A DNA stretch of 16,654 bases. Source: Candidatus Methylomirabilota bacterium (GTDB taxonomy: Bacteria; Methylomirabilota; Methylomirabilia; Rokubacteriales; CSP1-6). The stretch lies in assembly GCA_046726415.1 (NCBI GenBank), contig JBKPAK010000274.1:1-16654 (forward strand). The letters are read 5' to 3'. Of this stretch, positions 15,141-16,654 are shown piece after piece (the first letter of the stretch is position 1; the number at the start of each line of letters is the position of its first letter). The position numbers were made by a program, and so were the translations under genes. Below the pieces are notes generated by a model, which had not been told where the DNA came from, made no database searches, and worked only from the letters and a program-made list of their open reading frames with translations.

Positions 15141-16654
15141 ATGCTCAAGCACATCTGCGTGCCCGTCGACAACTCGGACTACTCGAACCGGGCCATCGAT
15201 CTCGCCGTCGAGATCGGGCGGGCCTTCGGCTCGCGGCTGACCGGGTGTCACGTGTACGCGGCCCGACTGCACGACTACCGCTTCAAGCAGATGGAGTACA
15301 CGCTGCCCGACGAGTACAAGGACGAGAACGAGCTGGAGCGCCAGCGCAAGATCCACGACTCCCTGATCGCCATGGGCCTCCAGCTCATCTCCGACTCCTA
15401 CCTCGACGTCATGGCCGGCAAGGCGGCCGAGGCGGGGCTGGCGTTCGAGCGCAAGATGATGGACGGCAAGCACTACAAGGCGCTCATCCAAGACTGCCAG
15501 GCCGCGGACTACGACCTGGTGGTGATGGGCGCCCTCGGCATGGGTGCCGTCAAGGACAGTCATCTCGGCTCGGTGACGGAGCGCTTCGTGCGGAACGTCA
15601 CCGCCGACACGCTGATCGTCCGCAACCTCGACTCCCTCCAGGACCGGCAAGGCGCCATCGTGGTCGGCCTCGATGGCTCCCCGCAATCCTTCCATGCCCT
15701 CAAGCTCGGGATCGCCTTGGCCAAGGCCCTGAGTCGGCCCGTGCACGCGGTGGCCGTGTACGACCCCTACCTGCACTACGCCATGTTCAACGGCATCGTG
15801 GGCGTTTTGAACGAGAAAGCGTCGAAGATCTTCCGCTTCAAGGAGCAGGAGCAGCTTCACGAGGAGATCATCGACACCGGCTTGGCCAAGATCTACCAAT
15901 CGCATCTGGAGATCGGGCGGAAGTTGGCCGCGGAGGACGGCATCGACCTCGCCATCACCCTGCTCGACGGCAAGTGCTTCGAGAAGATCCTCACCTTCGC
16001 GCGCAAGGAGCAGCCCTGGCTCTTGATCCTGGGGCGAGTGGGCGTGCACTCGGACGAGCAGGAGGTGGATCTCGGCTCTAACACGGAAAATCTTCTGCGT
16101 CTGGCGCCGTGCAACGTGCTGGTGACCGGCGGACGCTTCTATCCCCCGCTCGACGTGAAGGCCGAGGAGATCATCTCCTGGACCGAAGAGGCCGAGGGGC
16201 GCATGGAGCGGGTGCCTCCGCAGGTGGCGGGAGTCGCCCGCACCGCGTTGCTGCGCTACGCCATCGAGCAGGGTCACACCGTCATTACCAACAAAATCAT
16301 CGACGAGGCCATGGCCATCTTCATGCCCACGCGCATGGCCGAGAAGATGCAAATCCTCGCCGAGGATCTCGCGGTGGCCAAGCTCCGCGCCGAAGAGCAG
16401 CCCACCACGGCGATCTGCTCCGTGTGCGGGTACGCCGTGAAGGGCCCGAACCCTGTGGTGACCTGCCCCGTGTGCCGCGCCGACGCCACCAAGTTCCAGA
16501 TCGTCTCGCGCGGAGTGGTAGAGACCATCGCCAACCAGGAGGGCGGCGTGGCCGAAGAGGAGTCGATGCCCGGCGTCACCGTCAAGTGGTCGGCCGAGGC
16601 CCGGGATGCGCTCCGGGAGGTGACCGACGCCTATCTGCGCCGCCGGGCCAAGGC
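15141..16654 (+). CDS. Tandem universal stress protein fused to PCP_red-like and rubredoxin-like domains (runs off the right edge; missing from the ORF track)
   Basis: GGAGGA RBS. MLKHICVPVDNSDYSNRAIDLA…DLVVMGALGMGAVKDSHLGSVTERFVR (USP1), IVVGLDGSPQSFHAL…LLILGRVG…LGSNTENLLRLAPCNVLV (USP2), WTEEAEGRMERVP…AIEQGHTVIT (PCP_red-like), CSVCGY-x10-CPVC, then WSAEARDALREV. No stop before 16654. Confidence 0.88.
   Translation, partial: MLKHICVPVDNSDYSNRAIDLAVEIGRAFGSRLTGCHVYAARLHDYRFKQMEYTLPDEYKDENELERQRKIHDSLIAMGLQLISDSYLDVMAGKAAEAGLAFERKMMDGKHYKALIQDCQAADYDLVVMGALGMGAVKDSHLGSVTERFVRNVTADTLIVRNLDSLQDRQGAIVVGLDGSPQSFHALKLGIALAKALSRPVHAVAVYDPYLHYAMFNGIVGVLNEKASKIFRFKEQEQLHEEIIDTGLAKIYQSHLEIGRKLAAEDGIDLAITLLDGKCFEKILTFARKEQPWLLILGRVGVHSDEQEVDLGSNTENLLRLAPCNVLVTGGRFYPPLDVKAEEIISWTEEAEGRMERVPPQVAGVARTALLRYAIEQGHTVITNKIIDEAMAIFMPTRMAEKMQILAEDLAVAKLRAEEQPTTAICSVCGYAVKGPNPVVTCPVCRADATKFQIVSRGVVETIANQEGGVAEEESMPGVTVKWSAEARDALREVTDAYLRRRAK

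Noticed and set aside
1..16654. CRISPR arrays, tRNA/rRNA genes, IS elements or phage genes
   Set aside because: No regularly spaced repeats, RNA gene signatures, transposase/integrase motifs or unexplained gaps were seen; the window is almost fully accounted for by CDSs.

Overview
GC-rich bacterial window that is almost entirely coding. On the minus strand is a 3'-truncated ftsH (start 1675). A ~160-bp divergent promoter region follows, then one long, tightly coupled plus-strand respiratory gene cluster. (1) A CydA-like (cytochrome bd superfamily) membrane protein with no cydB and no quinol-binding Q-loop motif, followed by three membrane-anchored c-type cytochromes (5 CxxCH in total); the last is fused to an EbdC/NxrC-like heme-b domain. 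(2) A secreted protein with an amicyanin-like type-1 copper motif. (3) A complete A1-type aa3 cytochrome c oxidase set (coxB, coxA, ctaA, ctaB, two subunit-III genes, subunit IV) with two small unannotated membrane ORFs. (4) DUF983, a paralog of the copper protein that lacks the Cu ligands, and a truncated USP-USP-PCP_red-rubredoxin-PCP_red fusion. The most interesting signal is the bd-like/multi-cytochrome c module sitting directly ahead of an aa3 oxidase, where complex III or ACIII genes often sit, possibly under a Rex/CRP-like operator. The gene content recalls Nitrospirota/Methylomirabilota (Rokubacteria)-type organisms, but that is inference only. All family calls come from motif recognition by eye, not from database searches.
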